From: Pseudobdellovibrionaceae bacterium
GTDB lineage: Bacteria; Bdellovibrionota; Bdellovibrionia; Bdellovibrionales; Bdellovibrionaceae
Direction: 5' to 3'
Length of the DNA: 33,661 bases
NCBI GenBank assembly: GCA_039810425.1
Contig: JBDHWW010000033.1
Span: forward strand, 1 to 33,661
Below the pieces are notes generated by a model, which saw only the letters and a program-made list of their open reading frames with translations, made no database searches and had not been told where the DNA came from. Of the stretch, positions 17,346 to 27,072 are shown piece by piece. The first letter of the stretch is position 1; each line of letters begins with the position of its first letter. A program made the translations under genes and the position numbers.

Positions 17346-20256
17346 GATCGAGCTTCAAGACCCCAAAGGCATGGCCCTCCTGGGAAAGATCCGGAAATGG
17401 AATTCCGGGATTGCCGCTAAAATTCAATCTCTCCGTGTGGTGGATATCTTTTGGAGTGAATTTGAGGGCGACCAGCACGAGTTTGACCAACTTGCGCTGG
17501 ATGTGTGGTGGGACCAGGTGCTTCAGCAAAGAGACTGGCCATTAAGCCACTGGGTTGTCGAACGCGAATACCATCCTGGAATGACGGACAACTTGGGACG
17601 CACGGCGCTTGAAGCGCTGGAAATCTGTGCCCGCCGAAAACTGTCGAAGACGCAAGTGAGTTCGGGGCAGGCTTACTTGTTTAGCGGTGAAACTCTGGGC
17701 CGTGAAGAGATCGAAGCGGTGACGAGCACCTTGATTTCAAATTCTTTAATTCATCGCCACCGCGTGTATTCTGGCAGCGAGTTTTCTAACTACGCCCGTT
17801 TTGAGTCTTCAGAGATCGGTCCGAAGTTCTTGGCTCCCGGAGGGACTCCGCCGGCCGCCCAGAAAATCCCTTTGACCGGCATGACAGACGAAGGTTTGAT
17901 GCAACTGAGCCGTCAGAATCTGTTGTCACTGACTTTGTCAGAGATGAAAACAATTCAAACGTACTTTGCCGGTGAAAAACGCGATCCAACGGATGTCGAA
18001 GTCGAGGTGTTGGCACAAACTTGGTCTGAGCACTGCAAGCATAAGATTTTTGCGGCGGATGTGGAGTACACGGAAGAAGGCGGAAAGACGCCGCCGATTC
18101 CAGCAAAGATTTCAGGCTTGTTTAAAACAACGATTGCGGGGACCACGAAAGAGCTGCCGAAGCCTTGGTTGTTGTCGGTTTTTAAAGACAACGCCGGCAT
18201 CGTGGCCTTTGATGATGAAAACGCCGTTTGCATTAAAGTCGAGACCCACAACTCTCCGTCAGCTCTGGATCCATTCGGTGGGGCGGTGACGGGGATTGTC
18301 GGCGTGAACCGCGATATCTTGGGGTGTGGTTACGGTGCGAAACCGATCTTTAATACGGACGTATTCTGTGTCGGCCCATTAGAAATGAAAGAAAACCTGC
18401 CAGCGGGAATCATTCCTCCGGCGCAACTGCTTGAAGGCATCCGCAGCGGTGTTGAAGCCGGTGGAAACCAGAGTGGTATTCCCACGGTGAATGGTGCGCT
18501 CTATTTTGATGAGTCTTTTATCGGAAAGCCTTTGGTGTTCTGTGGCTCCGGCGGAATGATGCCGCGAATGATTGCCGATAGGGAATGTGCTGAAAAAGAC
18601 ATCAATACAGGGGACTTGATTTGTATGGTGGGCGGCCGCATCGGTCGCGATGGTATTCATGGGGCGACATTTTCATCTCTAGAGATGACAGAATCAATTC
18701 CTTCCAGCGTGGTTCAGTTGGGGGATCCTATCACCCAGCGCCGCATGACGGATTTTTTGCTGGAAGCCCGCGATCGCGGACTCTACAGAACTCTGACCGA
18801 TAACGGCGCGGGTGGCTTGTCGTCATCCGTGGGTGAAATGGCCGGAATCGCCGGTGGCGCCCGGATGGACGTCTCTTTGGCAAAAACAAAAATGCCGGGG
18901 CTCAAGCCTTTTGAGCTCGTCATCAGTGAATCCCAAGAGCGTATGACAGTGGCGGTGCCACCGTCTCAGTGTGCGGCTTTCTTGGAACTTGCCGAGCTTC
19001 GCGGTGTGGAAGCGAGCGTGCTGGGTGAGTTCACCGCCTCCGGCCGCTTTGAAATATTCTATGCAAAAGAAAAAGTGGCGGATCTGTCCTTGGCTTTCTT
19101 GCATGACGGGAATCCGAAATTACAACTCAAAGCCCATTGGGCGCATAAGCCTGCTGTGACGACGGACCCGCCGAAAGAAGCAAAACCGTTTGAGACCTTG
19201 AAGCAAATCCTGAAACGCCCGAATATTCGCAGCAAAGAAAACATGATTCGCCAGTACGATCATGAGGTTCAAGGGCGTTCGGTGGTGAAGGCGCTGCAGA
19301 CCTCAACAGAACCGCGCTCGACGCCAAATGATGCGGCGGTTTTATCGCTGTCGCATCATAATTTTACCGGCGTGGTTGTTGGTTGCGGTTTGAATCCGCG
19401 TCTGTCGACGGTGGATCCTTATTTGATGGCCCAGATGGCCGTGGATGAAGCCGTTCGCAACCTGCTCGCTGTAGGTGCCGAGTTTTCCCTCGGTGATGAA
19501 ACGGTTCTTTCATTGATTGATAATTTCTGCTGGCCGGATCCGGTGGAGGATGCCGCAAAGATGGCAGACCTGGTTCGTGCTTGCTACGGACTGCGCGAGG
19601 CGTGCTTGGCTCTGAAAGCGCCACTCATTTCCGGCAAAGATAGTATGAAGAACGACTACAAAGGAACCCAAGGTGGACAGCCCGTTAAAATTTCGGTGCT
19701 ACCGACGTTGTTGGTTACCGCCCTGGGGCGTATGAAGGACTACAAAAAAGCCCGCACGGCCGAGTTTAAAATGGCGGGCGATAGGATCTATAAGCTCGGG
19801 CCTCCGCAGTTGGGTTTGGCGGCTTCAGAATGGCTCGCTCTGAAAAAAACTCCAGCGGTGGTGAAGGCCGCCGTTCCCGCCTGGGATCAAGCGGTGAAGC
19901 TTTATAGCTGGCTGGGCTCTTCAGAGTCAGTGACAGTTTTGAAATCCGCACATGATCTCAGCGAAGGTGGAATGCTCGCGGCGGTTGCGGAATCAAGCTT
20001 TACTAATAATTTAGGAATTGAATTTGACCAGCGGCTTGAGCTTTCGAACGCGGAAACTTCTTTCGGCGAAGGCTTTCATCAGTTTGTTGTGAGTGTCGCC
20101 GCTGAAAAAGCGGTGGAGGCTGAAGAACTTTGGGCGACCCAGGGGATTGCGTTCACGGCGGTCGGAACTTTGACGGCAAAGCCGGAATGGGTTTGGAAGG
20201 GTGAGAAAGTCTCTGTCGATGAACTGTATCAAGCTTGGCATGGGGAGAGTCTCTGA
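17317..20256 (+). CDS. purL: FGAM synthase synthetase subunit with N-terminal PurS-like extension
   Basis: QTWSEHCKHK, DNAG, KVETHNSPS, DNGAGG, SESQERM, SGKDS, HDLSEGG; no glutaminase domain. Confidence 0.95.
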   Translation: MYARTDVILKIELQDPKGMALLGKIRKWNSGIAAKIQSLRVVDIFWSEFEGDQHEFDQLALDVWWDQVLQQRDWPLSHWVVEREYHPGMTDNLGRTALEALEICARRKLSKTQVSSGQAYLFSGETLGREEIEAVTSTLISNSLIHRHRVYSGSEFSNYARFESSEIGPKFLAPGGTPPAAQKIPLTGMTDEGLMQLSRQNLLSLTLSEMKTIQTYFAGEKRDPTDVEVEVLAQTWSEHCKHKIFAADVEYTEEGGKTPPIPAKISGLFKTTIAGTTKELPKPWLLSVFKDNAGIVAFDDENAVCIKVETHNSPSALDPFGGAVTGIVGVNRDILGCGYGAKPIFNTDVFCVGPLEMKENLPAGIIPPAQLLEGIRSGVEAGGNQSGIPTVNGALYFDESFIGKPLVFCGSGGMMPRMIADRECAEKDINTGDLICMVGGRIGRDGIHGATFSSLEMTESIPSSVVQLGDPITQRRMTDFLLEARDRGLYRTLTDNGAGGLSSSVGEMAGIAGGARMDVSLAKTKMPGLKPFELVISESQERMTVAVPPSQCAAFLELAELRGVEASVLGEFTASGRFEIFYAKEKVADLSLAFLHDGNPKLQLKAHWAHKPAVTTDPPKEAKPFETLKQILKRPNIRSKENMIRQYDHEVQGRSVVKALQTSTEPRSTPNDAAVLSLSHHNFTGVVVGCGLNPRLSTVDPYLMAQMAVDEAVRNLLAVGAEFSLGDETVLSLIDNFCWPDPVEDAAKMADLVRACYGLREACLALKAPLISGKDSMKNDYKGTQGGQPVKISVLPTLLVTALGRMKDYKKARTAEFKMAGDRIYKLGPPQLGLAASEWLALKKTPAVVKAAVPAWDQAVKLYSWLGSSESVTVLKSAHDLSEGGMLAAVAESSFTNNLGIEFDQRLELSNAETSFGEGFHQFVVSVAAEKAVEAEELWATQGIAFTAVGTLTAKPEWVWKGEKVSVDELYQAWHGESL

Positions 20257-20990
20257 TGAAAGCACTCGTTTTAGCCGGTGACGGAATCAACTGTGAAGTC
20301 GAAATGGCCCATGCTGCCAGCAAGGCGGGCTTTACCACCGACACTACTCATGTGAACGATCTTATAAAGAAGAAATTCGCCCAGGACGATCTTAAGAAAA
20401 ACTATCGCGCGCTTTTCCTGCCGGGTGGATTTTCTTTTGGTGATCACTTGGGCTCCGGCCGCGTTTTGGCGTTGAAGCTGACAAAAGGCTTGAATTGGAA
20501 TCTCGAAGACTTTGCGGCCAATGGCGGAACCGTCCTTGGAGTCTGCAACGGCTTTCAGGCTTTAATCGCGATGGGGGCTTTTGGTAAGCAAGTGTCCATC
20601 ACCCATAATATTCAGAACAAGTTTTTAAACCGCTGGACGGCGATGAAGAAGTTCCCGGCACCAAATGTATTCTTAACGGGTGTCGATGAAATGTATCTGC
20701 CGATCCGCCACGGCGAAGGCCGGTTGTTGTTTGATTCTTCAGTCGATGTGCATAATAGCCCGGATTTCAAAATCACCCTGCAATACACAGAAGATGTGAA
20801 CGGCAGTACTGAGCGTATTGCGGGGCTGGTGAATCCCACGGGCCGTATCTTCGGCTTGATGCCTCATCCAGAGGCTGCGGTTCGTAAGTCGCAACATCCC
20901 CTTTGGACTCAAACGCCTGAAAAGGCGAACGACGAAGAGGTGGGAATGATGTTTTTTAGAAATGCTTATAAGGAGGCCTCGTCGTGTTAA
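20256..20990 (+). CDS. purQ: FGAM synthase glutaminase subunit
   Basis: GINCE, PGGFSFGD, GVCNGFQ (catalytic Cys), HGEG, MPHPE; TGATG overlap with purL. Confidence 0.96.
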   Translation: MKALVLAGDGINCEVEMAHAASKAGFTTDTTHVNDLIKKKFAQDDLKKNYRALFLPGGFSFGDHLGSGRVLALKLTKGLNWNLEDFAANGGTVLGVCNGFQALIAMGAFGKQVSITHNIQNKFLNRWTAMKKFPAPNVFLTGVDEMYLPIRHGEGRLLFDSSVDVHNSPDFKITLQYTEDVNGSTERIAGLVNPTGRIFGLMPHPEAAVRKSQHPLWTQTPEKANDEEVGMMFFRNAYKEASSC

Positions 20991-22525
20991 AATTGAATCG
21001 CGCGCTTTTAAGTGTCTCAGATAAGACTGGTTTGGTGGCACTAGCTCGCACGATGCACCAATCCGGCACCGAACTTTACGCTTCAGGGGGAACATTGAAG
21101 AGCCTGGAAGAGGCCGGCATTCCTTGTAAGAAAGCCGAGGAGCTCTCTGAGACTCCCGAAGCATTTCAAGGACGGATGAAGACCTTGTCTTTTAAAATCT
21201 TTTCGGGGCTGTTAGCGCGCAGAAATGATGCGAAAGATAAGGTGGATTGGGAAAGGTTGAATATCAGGCTTTTGGATGCCGTGGTTGTGAACTTCTATCC
21301 GTTTCATAAAAATCTCGATAAGAATCTTTCCCGTGCCGAATTGACGGAGTTGATTGATATCGGCGGCCCGGCACTTGTCAGGGCAGCGGCGAAAAACTCT
21401 CCGGATGTTTTGGTCTTAACCGATCCCGCTCAATACGCCGAGGTCATCACTCAGCTCCAAACCGCGGGCGCTGTAAAGCAGGAGACCGCGCTGAGGGTGT
21501 CAGCGCAAGCCTGGGATATTGTCACTGACTATGATCAAAGCATCCAGTCAGTTTTTGGTGAAGGCATGAAGCCACTTCGATATGGTGAAAATCCGCATCA
21601 GAAAGCCCGCCTGAAGGTGAATGCGAATTCTCCACTGGATTGGAATCATCCCCTGACGGCGACCGAGTTGTCTTACAATAACATCGTTGATCTTTCTTCG
21701 GCCTACTTTGTGGCGCGCGATTTGAAATCGGCGTTTCCGGATCGCACCAGTGTCGTGATCGTAAAGCACAACAATCCTTGCGGAGTGGCGTCCGTGCCAA
21801 AGACAGCCGGAAAAGCTCAGCTTCGTGCTTTGGAAAAAGCTTGGGCATGTGATCCTGTGTCCGCTTTCGGAGGAGTTCTTATCTTTACAGACGAAATCGA
21901 CAGCGAAATCCTCAGTTACTTTGACACTCGTTTCGTGGAGCTCTTATCAGCGCCGAATTTGCAGGCGGGGAGCTTGGGTGATTTGCTCAGGCACCGTAAA
22001 AATCTCAAGGCTGTAACGGTCAAGCATTGGGACCTGGAATCACCCTCGATGCAAATGAGCGTGGCGGGCGGGGTTCTTACGCAAACTCTGGATTTGCAAT
22101 TGCAAGAGCCGATCCGGGGGGTGACCGAGGCCGTCTGGCCGGCGGAGTGTAACGAGCTAGCGCACTTCGGGATTTTCTGCAATAAGACTTTGAAAAGCAA
22201 CTCTGTTTGCTTGGTACAAAAAGATCCAGACGGAGATTTCCGCATGGTAGGAGCTGGCCAAGGCCAGCCAAACCGTGTTGAAGCCATGGGTAAACTTGCG
22301 ATCCCACGCGCCCAGAATATTTTGGGCCGTGAAGATATCGGCGATTGTATTTTGATTAGTGATGCCTTCTTCCCCTTCCGGGATTCGGTGGATGTGGCAG
22401 CCCACGTGGGGATTAAGTATATCCTTCAGCCAGGCGGTAGCATTAAAGACGCGGCCGTGATTGCGGCTTGTAATGAACATAAAATAGCCATGGCATTTAC
22501 CGGTTTCCGCCACTTTAGACACTAG
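20984..22525 (+). CDS. purH: Bifunctional AICAR transformylase / IMP cyclohydrolase
   Basis: ALLSVSDKTG, IDIGGP, LRYGENPHQ, VKHNNPCG, SDAFFPF, RHFRH; GTG start after AAGGAGG. Confidence 0.96.
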   Translation: MLKLNRALLSVSDKTGLVALARTMHQSGTELYASGGTLKSLEEAGIPCKKAEELSETPEAFQGRMKTLSFKIFSGLLARRNDAKDKVDWERLNIRLLDAVVVNFYPFHKNLDKNLSRAELTELIDIGGPALVRAAAKNSPDVLVLTDPAQYAEVITQLQTAGAVKQETALRVSAQAWDIVTDYDQSIQSVFGEGMKPLRYGENPHQKARLKVNANSPLDWNHPLTATELSYNNIVDLSSAYFVARDLKSAFPDRTSVVIVKHNNPCGVASVPKTAGKAQLRALEKAWACDPVSAFGGVLIFTDEIDSEILSYFDTRFVELLSAPNLQAGSLGDLLRHRKNLKAVTVKHWDLESPSMQMSVAGGVLTQTLDLQLQEPIRGVTEAVWPAECNELAHFGIFCNKTLKSNSVCLVQKDPDGDFRMVGAGQGQPNRVEAMGKLAIPRAQNILGREDIGDCILISDAFFPFRDSVDVAAHVGIKYILQPGGSIKDAAVIAACNEHKIAMAFTGFRHFRH

Positions 22526-22534
22526 GAGCACTGA

Positions 22535-23578
22535 ATGGAAAAAGGCGCTTACGAAAAAGCAGGGGTCCATCGTGATTTGGCCGATCAGTTTGTAGGAAGT
22601 ATCTCTACAATGGTGAAGTCGACGTTGAATGAAAATGTGAAATCCTCCGTCGGTGGATATGCTTCGCTTTACAACTTGAATTCTCAGCAGTATATCGCGG
22701 CTAGCACCGATGGGGTGGGGACGAAGTTAAAACTTGCTTTTGACTGGAGCTCACACGGTACGGTTGGGATTGATCTTGTGGCGATGTCCGTCAATGACCT
22801 CCTCTGTGTCGGTGCAAAGCCGTTGTTTTTCCTCGACTACTTTGCGACCGGAAAACTTCAGCCCAAAACGGCGAAGGAAGTTCTTGCGGGAATCGTGAAG
22901 GGCTGCCAGCAGGGCGGATGCGCGCTCATCGGTGGTGAGACGGCGGAGATGCCGGGCTTCTATCAGGCAGGTGAGTACGACTTGGCGGGGTTCGCGGTGG
23001 GTTTGGTGGAAAAAAAGAAAGCCCTGCCGGCGAAGAGCATCAAAGCTGGCGACGTCCTTATCGGTGTGTCTTCTTCCGGTTTTCATAGCAATGGCTATAG
23101 CTTGATCCGTCAACTCTTTGCTGCTTGGACGCCGACAAAAACTCTGAGCCGTAAAGCCCTCGCGAAAGAACTCTTGAAGCCGACGATGATATACACTCGC
23201 GCGGTGGAGAAGCTACTTGCCCAGGGTTCTGTCAAGGGTTTGGCGCATATCACCGGTTCTGGTTTTTTGAACGTGCCGCGGATGTCTGAGAAGGTGAGCT
23301 ACGATATTACTTTGCCGCCGTTGAAAGAGCGCCCGAAAGTGTTCCAATGGCTGGAGACGCTGAAAGACAAGTCACTGACGTTCCACGAGAAGACGCAGAC
23401 TTTTAATATGGGAATCGGCATGGTGATTGTCGTCGAGGCGAAGAAGGCAAATGTGGTTCTCACGCATTTAAAGAAAAATAACTACAAGGCCTGGAAGATC
23501 GGCCAGGCGGTTCGTAAAAAATCCCGTTGCGAAGTTCACGTGACGGATGGAACTGAAAGCACCACGTTGGTTTACTAG
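22535..23578 (+). CDS. purM: AIR synthetase
   Basis: STDGVGTK, GIDLVAMSVND, GGETAEMPG, SSGFHSNGYS, AHITG, TFNMGIG. Confidence 0.97.
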   Translation: MEKGAYEKAGVHRDLADQFVGSISTMVKSTLNENVKSSVGGYASLYNLNSQQYIAASTDGVGTKLKLAFDWSSHGTVGIDLVAMSVNDLLCVGAKPLFFLDYFATGKLQPKTAKEVLAGIVKGCQQGGCALIGGETAEMPGFYQAGEYDLAGFAVGLVEKKKALPAKSIKAGDVLIGVSSSGFHSNGYSLIRQLFAAWTPTKTLSRKALAKELLKPTMIYTRAVEKLLAQGSVKGLAHITGSGFLNVPRMSEKVSYDITLPPLKERPKVFQWLETLKDKSLTFHEKTQTFNMGIGMVIVVEAKKANVVLTHLKKNNYKAWKIGQAVRKKSRCEVHVTDGTESTTLVY

Positions 23579-24748
23579 ATGAGGCTCGGGATTCTTGGCG
23601 GCGGCCAATTAGGAAGGATGCTCTGGGAAGCCAGCTGTGAGCTGGTGAAGGACCTCCGTCCGTCACCGGTATACAACGACAAGGCCCTTTGCCCGGCAAG
23701 CTTCGCGGGCGCAACGGTTGTCGTCGGTAATGTCAGTGAAGCAGAAAAGCTTAAGAATTTTTTGAGCAGGGTCGACGGGTTTTCGATCGAAAGTGAATTT
23801 CTCGATGTCGATGCCATTGAAAATGCCTGGAGCGCCGGAAGAAAGTTTCCAGCTCCGTCGTTCGCGGGTCTTCGTGTCGCGCAAGATAAGCTTGAACAAA
23901 AGAAGTTCTTCATCCAAAACGGCTTGCCGACGTCTCAATTTACTGAGGTCATGGCCTTGGATCTTGAAACTCCGGAGCGCCTGGCGGCGCTTCATAAAAA
24001 CTGGCAAGGTTTGGTGCTTAAAAAAGCCCGCCTGGGTTATGACGGAAAGGGCAATATGGCTTTTCCCCCGGATCAGGCTCTGAATCTTCCGGCGATTCGT
24101 ACTTTCTGTGAAGACGCGTTTAAAACCGGTTCACGTGTTTATGTGGAACAATTTGTACCTTTCGTCAAGGAAGTGGCGCTAGTGTGCTGTCAAAGTTTCG
24201 CCGGCAATTTTGGCCACTATCCGCTGATTGAAACTCAGCAGAAAAAAGGCGTGTGTTTTTTGGCGTTCACGGCGCTGCATGAAGAGGCGAGTGAAAGGAA
24301 CGCGGCTGAGATAGCGCGCGTGATTGCGGGCAAACTCCAAATGCTCGGGGCTTTTGCGGTGGAGTTCTTTGTCACGGACAAGGGCGCATTGCTCGTCAAC
24401 GAAATGGCGCCCCGGGTGCACAACTCCGGCCACTTCACACAAAGAGCCGCTCGCTCAAGCCAGTTCCAAATGCATTTGAAATCTTACTGGCAAGAGAGGT
24501 TCGCTCCGGAAGACTTTGATTGCGCCAAGGTCTTTGCGATGGTGAACCTCCTCGGGCCCGAGGGTTTAAGCGGAGCGGTCAGCAAACCTACGAGCAGCCG
24601 TATTTATTGGTACGACAAAGAAATGACTTCCCCGGGAAGAAAGCTAGGGCATATCATTGGCTCTGGACTTCATCGGGGTGAGTTACCGCAGATTATCGAC
24701 AGTCTGAAGGCTGCTGAAAAGCAGTGGCAAGAAAGTTTGAAAACATGA
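23579..24748 (+). CDS. purK: N5-CAIR synthase
   Basis: GILGGGQLGRM, GYDGKG, NEMAPRVHNSGH, GRKLGH. Confidence 0.95.
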   Translation: MRLGILGGGQLGRMLWEASCELVKDLRPSPVYNDKALCPASFAGATVVVGNVSEAEKLKNFLSRVDGFSIESEFLDVDAIENAWSAGRKFPAPSFAGLRVAQDKLEQKKFFIQNGLPTSQFTEVMALDLETPERLAALHKNWQGLVLKKARLGYDGKGNMAFPPDQALNLPAIRTFCEDAFKTGSRVYVEQFVPFVKEVALVCCQSFAGNFGHYPLIETQQKKGVCFLAFTALHEEASERNAAEIARVIAGKLQMLGAFAVEFFVTDKGALLVNEMAPRVHNSGHFTQRAARSSQFQMHLKSYWQERFAPEDFDCAKVFAMVNLLGPEGLSGAVSKPTSSRIYWYDKEMTSPGRKLGHIIGSGLHRGELPQIIDSLKAAEKQWQESLKT

Positions 24749-25233
24749 GTAAGAAAAGTACGTCTGAAGTTTTGATTGTCATGGGAAGCCTTTCTGATCA
24801 TGTCACCATGAAGCGCGCTGAAGAAATTCTCAAAGGATTCGGCGTAGGCTATGAAACGAAAATCGTTTCCGCTCATCGCACACCAGAAATTCTTTTTTCT
24901 GAAGGTGCGAGTGCCCACAAAAATTACAAAGTCGTGATCGCCGGTGCGGGCGGCGCCGCTCATCTTCCGGGAATGATGGCCTCACTGACAACATTGCCTG
25001 TGATTGGCGTTCCGGTGGCCGTGGGCTCACTGGGGGGGCAGGACAGTCTGTATTCCATCGTGCAAATGCCAGAAGGAATTCCCGTGGCGACGGTGGCGAT
25101 TGGCAATGCTGGAAACGCCGCTCTGCTGGCCGTGCAGATGCTAGCAATTGCTGACAGCGGTCTGGCAAAAAAGTTAACAAAGTACAAAGAAAGTCTTCGC
25201 AAAAAAGTCGTCGACCAGAACAAGAAGATCTAG
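24745..25233 (+). CDS. purE: N5-CAIR mutase
   Basis: MGSLSD, SAHRTP, AGAGGAAHLPG, SIVQMP.G.PVAT; ATGA overlap with purK. Confidence 0.97.
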   Translation: MSKKSTSEVLIVMGSLSDHVTMKRAEEILKGFGVGYETKIVSAHRTPEILFSEGASAHKNYKVVIAGAGGAAHLPGMMASLTTLPVIGVPVAVGSLGGQDSLYSIVQMPEGIPVATVAIGNAGNAALLAVQMLAIADSGLAKKLTKYKESLRKKVVDQNKKI

Positions 25234-25412
25234 CGGAGTCACGCCGTATTTAGTGAGAGGCTCTCCTCGGACCGCCGGGGGGGTAATGGTTCCGCACTTC
25301 TTTCTCTTTTTTTGCAATGCTCTAGTTTGGAATGTTAAAAAGCACATGATGTCATAGAAAGAATGGTCAAATTTTAGGGAAAGCAGTACTATTTAAGCTG
25401 CGGGGAGGTCCT

Positions 25413-25746
25413 ATGAAACAACAGTGCGATTTGGTCTGCGGGTTGCCTGAAAACGACGCGGAACTTAAAAGAATGCTCACGCCCGAGCAGTATGCGATTG
25501 TTGCTAAGAATGGCACTGAGCGGCCCTTCCAGAATACTTACTGGGACCATCACGAAGCAGGCCTTTACGTCGACGTGGTTTCGGGGGAACCTTTGTTCAC
25601 ACTTGGGTCACATTTTTGACGATGGCCCAGGTCCGACAGGATTACGTTATTGTATTAACTCCGCCTCGTTGCGTTTTGTTCCGGTGGAGAAACTTAAAGG
25701 AGAGGGCTACGAAGCTTATCTTCCAATGTTTAAAGACGGAGAGTAA
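25413..25746 (+). pseudogene. msrB: Methionine sulfoxide reductase B, internally deleted and frameshifted
   Basis: Frame 1 gives LTPEQY...GTERPF...[13 protein letters not shown]; frame 2 resumes at [25 protein letters not shown]; the conserved KFDSGxGWPSF...RTEV segment is absent. Confidence 0.88.
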
Positions 25747-25748
25747 CA

Positions 25749-26105
25749 ATGAAACAATTTCTAGCAGTCTATATGGGGTCGGCCACTGACGATCTGATGA
25801 AAAAGTGGATGGCGATGGATGAAAACACGCGCAAAGAAAAAGAGCGGGTGGGGATACAGGCTTGGGGAAAATGGATGGAAGCACATAAAAAGAGTATCGT
25901 CGTCGGTGGCGGTCCTTTGGGTAAGACCAAGAAAACCGACCCAAGTGGCATCGCGGATATCAAAAATCTCATGACGGGTTACACGGTCGTTCAAGTGGAA
26001 ACCCACGAAGAGGCGGCAAGGATGTTTAAAGAACACCCCCACTTTTCAATTTTTCCGGGCGCGAGCGTCGAGATCATGGAAGTACTGCCGATCCCAGGCC
26101 AGTAG
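25749..26105 (+). CDS. YciI/YCII-related protein
   Basis: 118 aa with GGPL, GYTVVQ..T.EEA...F..HPH and VEIMEV pattern; GGAGAG RBS. Confidence 0.75.
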   Translation: MKQFLAVYMGSATDDLMKKWMAMDENTRKEKERVGIQAWGKWMEAHKKSIVVGGGPLGKTKKTDPSGIADIKNLMTGYTVVQVETHEEAARMFKEHPHFSIFPGASVEIMEVLPIPGQ

Positions 26106-26121
26106 ATGAGGGCGAAAAAGT

Positions 26122-26148
26122 GAACTCCCGGCGTGTGACCGGGAGTTC
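26122..26148. terminator. GC-rich hairpin between convergent genes (probable terminator)
   Basis: GAACTCCCGG-N7-CCGGGAGTTC. Confidence 0.7.
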
Positions 26149-26189
26149 GGTTGCGAGTTTGCTGTGTGTGTCCTTTGCTAGGTTAGTGT

Positions 26190-27020
26190 TTAGTGTGATT
26201 TGCTGTCGTAAACGCAGGCTTGAATTTGGCCAGCATACACATTGGCCGCCTTGTATTCCTTATCCATTACATAATGGTCGTTGTTAATAGCTTCCTTCGG
26301 AAGGATTGAACCGTTTCCTGGAGGAACGCCGTAGTTGTCACAGAACACATACTCTGCGTTGTACAATTCAATACCGAAGTATTTCTTGAACTCATCAGTG
26401 TATGGTGGCTTGTAATACAAACCAGTGAAGATGTATTTTCTGAACGCATCGCTATTTGGATCAAGCAACTTGTTAATCACATCCAATTGCTCAGCTGTCG
26501 GTGCTGTGTATGGATAAGTGTTGGCATCACAACGATTCATATAAGAAATGATCGTCGCGCGGCTCGGAGCTTTGTAACCCGCAGGCACACTGTCGCGCAG
26601 GGCGCAGCCGAGGTCCATGATCTTCATTAAGTAACAAGCTTTCTGGCTAAGACCCGCTTGTACACAGTCATCCGCCGCAACTGGTGCAGGCGTCGGTGTT
26701 GGAGGCACAGGTACTGGTGTTGGTGCAACAACGGCCGGAGTCGGCATTGGTGGCACTGGAGTCGGAGTTGCAGGTACCGGTGTCGGTGTCGGTGTTGCTA
26801 CCGGAGCCGGTGTGGCAACAGGAATTGGTGTAGGTGTAGGGTCTACAACCGGAGCCGGTGCTGGTCCTTGTCCTTGTCCTGGAATCCAGCCATCTGCCGG
26901 GTCTGCGGACTTAAGCACTTCGGAACCGCTTTGCAGGAACCTCATGTTTGCATCACTGCAAGCGCTTAAGAGATACACTGAACAGGCAATCATTGTGGTC
27001 TTTGCAAAAATCGATTTCAT
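26190..27020 (-). CDS. Lipoprotein with long Pro/Thr/Ala/Val linker and Cys-rich C-terminal domain
   Basis: Lipobox LLSA-C; (P)TPTP/VATP repeats; GGAG RBS. Confidence 0.88.
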   Translation of the reverse strand: MKSIFAKTTMIACSVYLLSACSDANMRFLQSGSEVLKSADPADGWIPGQGQGPAPAPVVDPTPTPIPVATPAPVATPTPTPVPATPTPVPPMPTPAVVAPTPVPVPPTPTPAPVAADDCVQAGLSQKACYLMKIMDLGCALRDSVPAGYKAPSRATIISYMNRCDANTYPYTAPTAEQLDVINKLLDPNSDAFRKYIFTGLYYKPPYTDEFKKYFGIELYNAEYVFCDNYGVPPGNGSILPKEAINNDHYVMDKEYKAANVYAGQIQACVYDSKSH

Positions 27021-27056
27021 GGAAGTCTCCGTTTCTTGAGTTCAACCTTCTTACAG

Positions 27057-27072
27057 GCAAAGTCTAGGCCAG
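27057..27072 (-). promoter_or_regulatory. Sigma54 (RpoN) -24/-12 promoter
   Basis: - strand CTGGCCTAGACTTTGC = TGGC-N7-TTGC, about 36 nt upstream of ATG 27020. Confidence 0.65.

Noticed and set aside
13030..25223. Numerous short antisense or alternate-frame ORFs within the pur operon, uvrA and the kinase
   Set aside because: They fully overlap well-supported genes and show no motifs or RBS.
25267..25313. Terminator after purE
   Set aside because: The stem is weak and bulged and the U-tract is separated from it; possible but not supportable.
25413..25746. Programmed frameshift or selenocysteine recoding rescuing msrB
   Set aside because: The essential central segment is physically missing, so recoding could not restore the fold.
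26680..26870. Tandem repeat or CRISPR-like array
   Set aside because: The repeats are in-frame Pro/Thr codons of the lipoprotein linker; no constant repeat-spacer structure and no cas genes.
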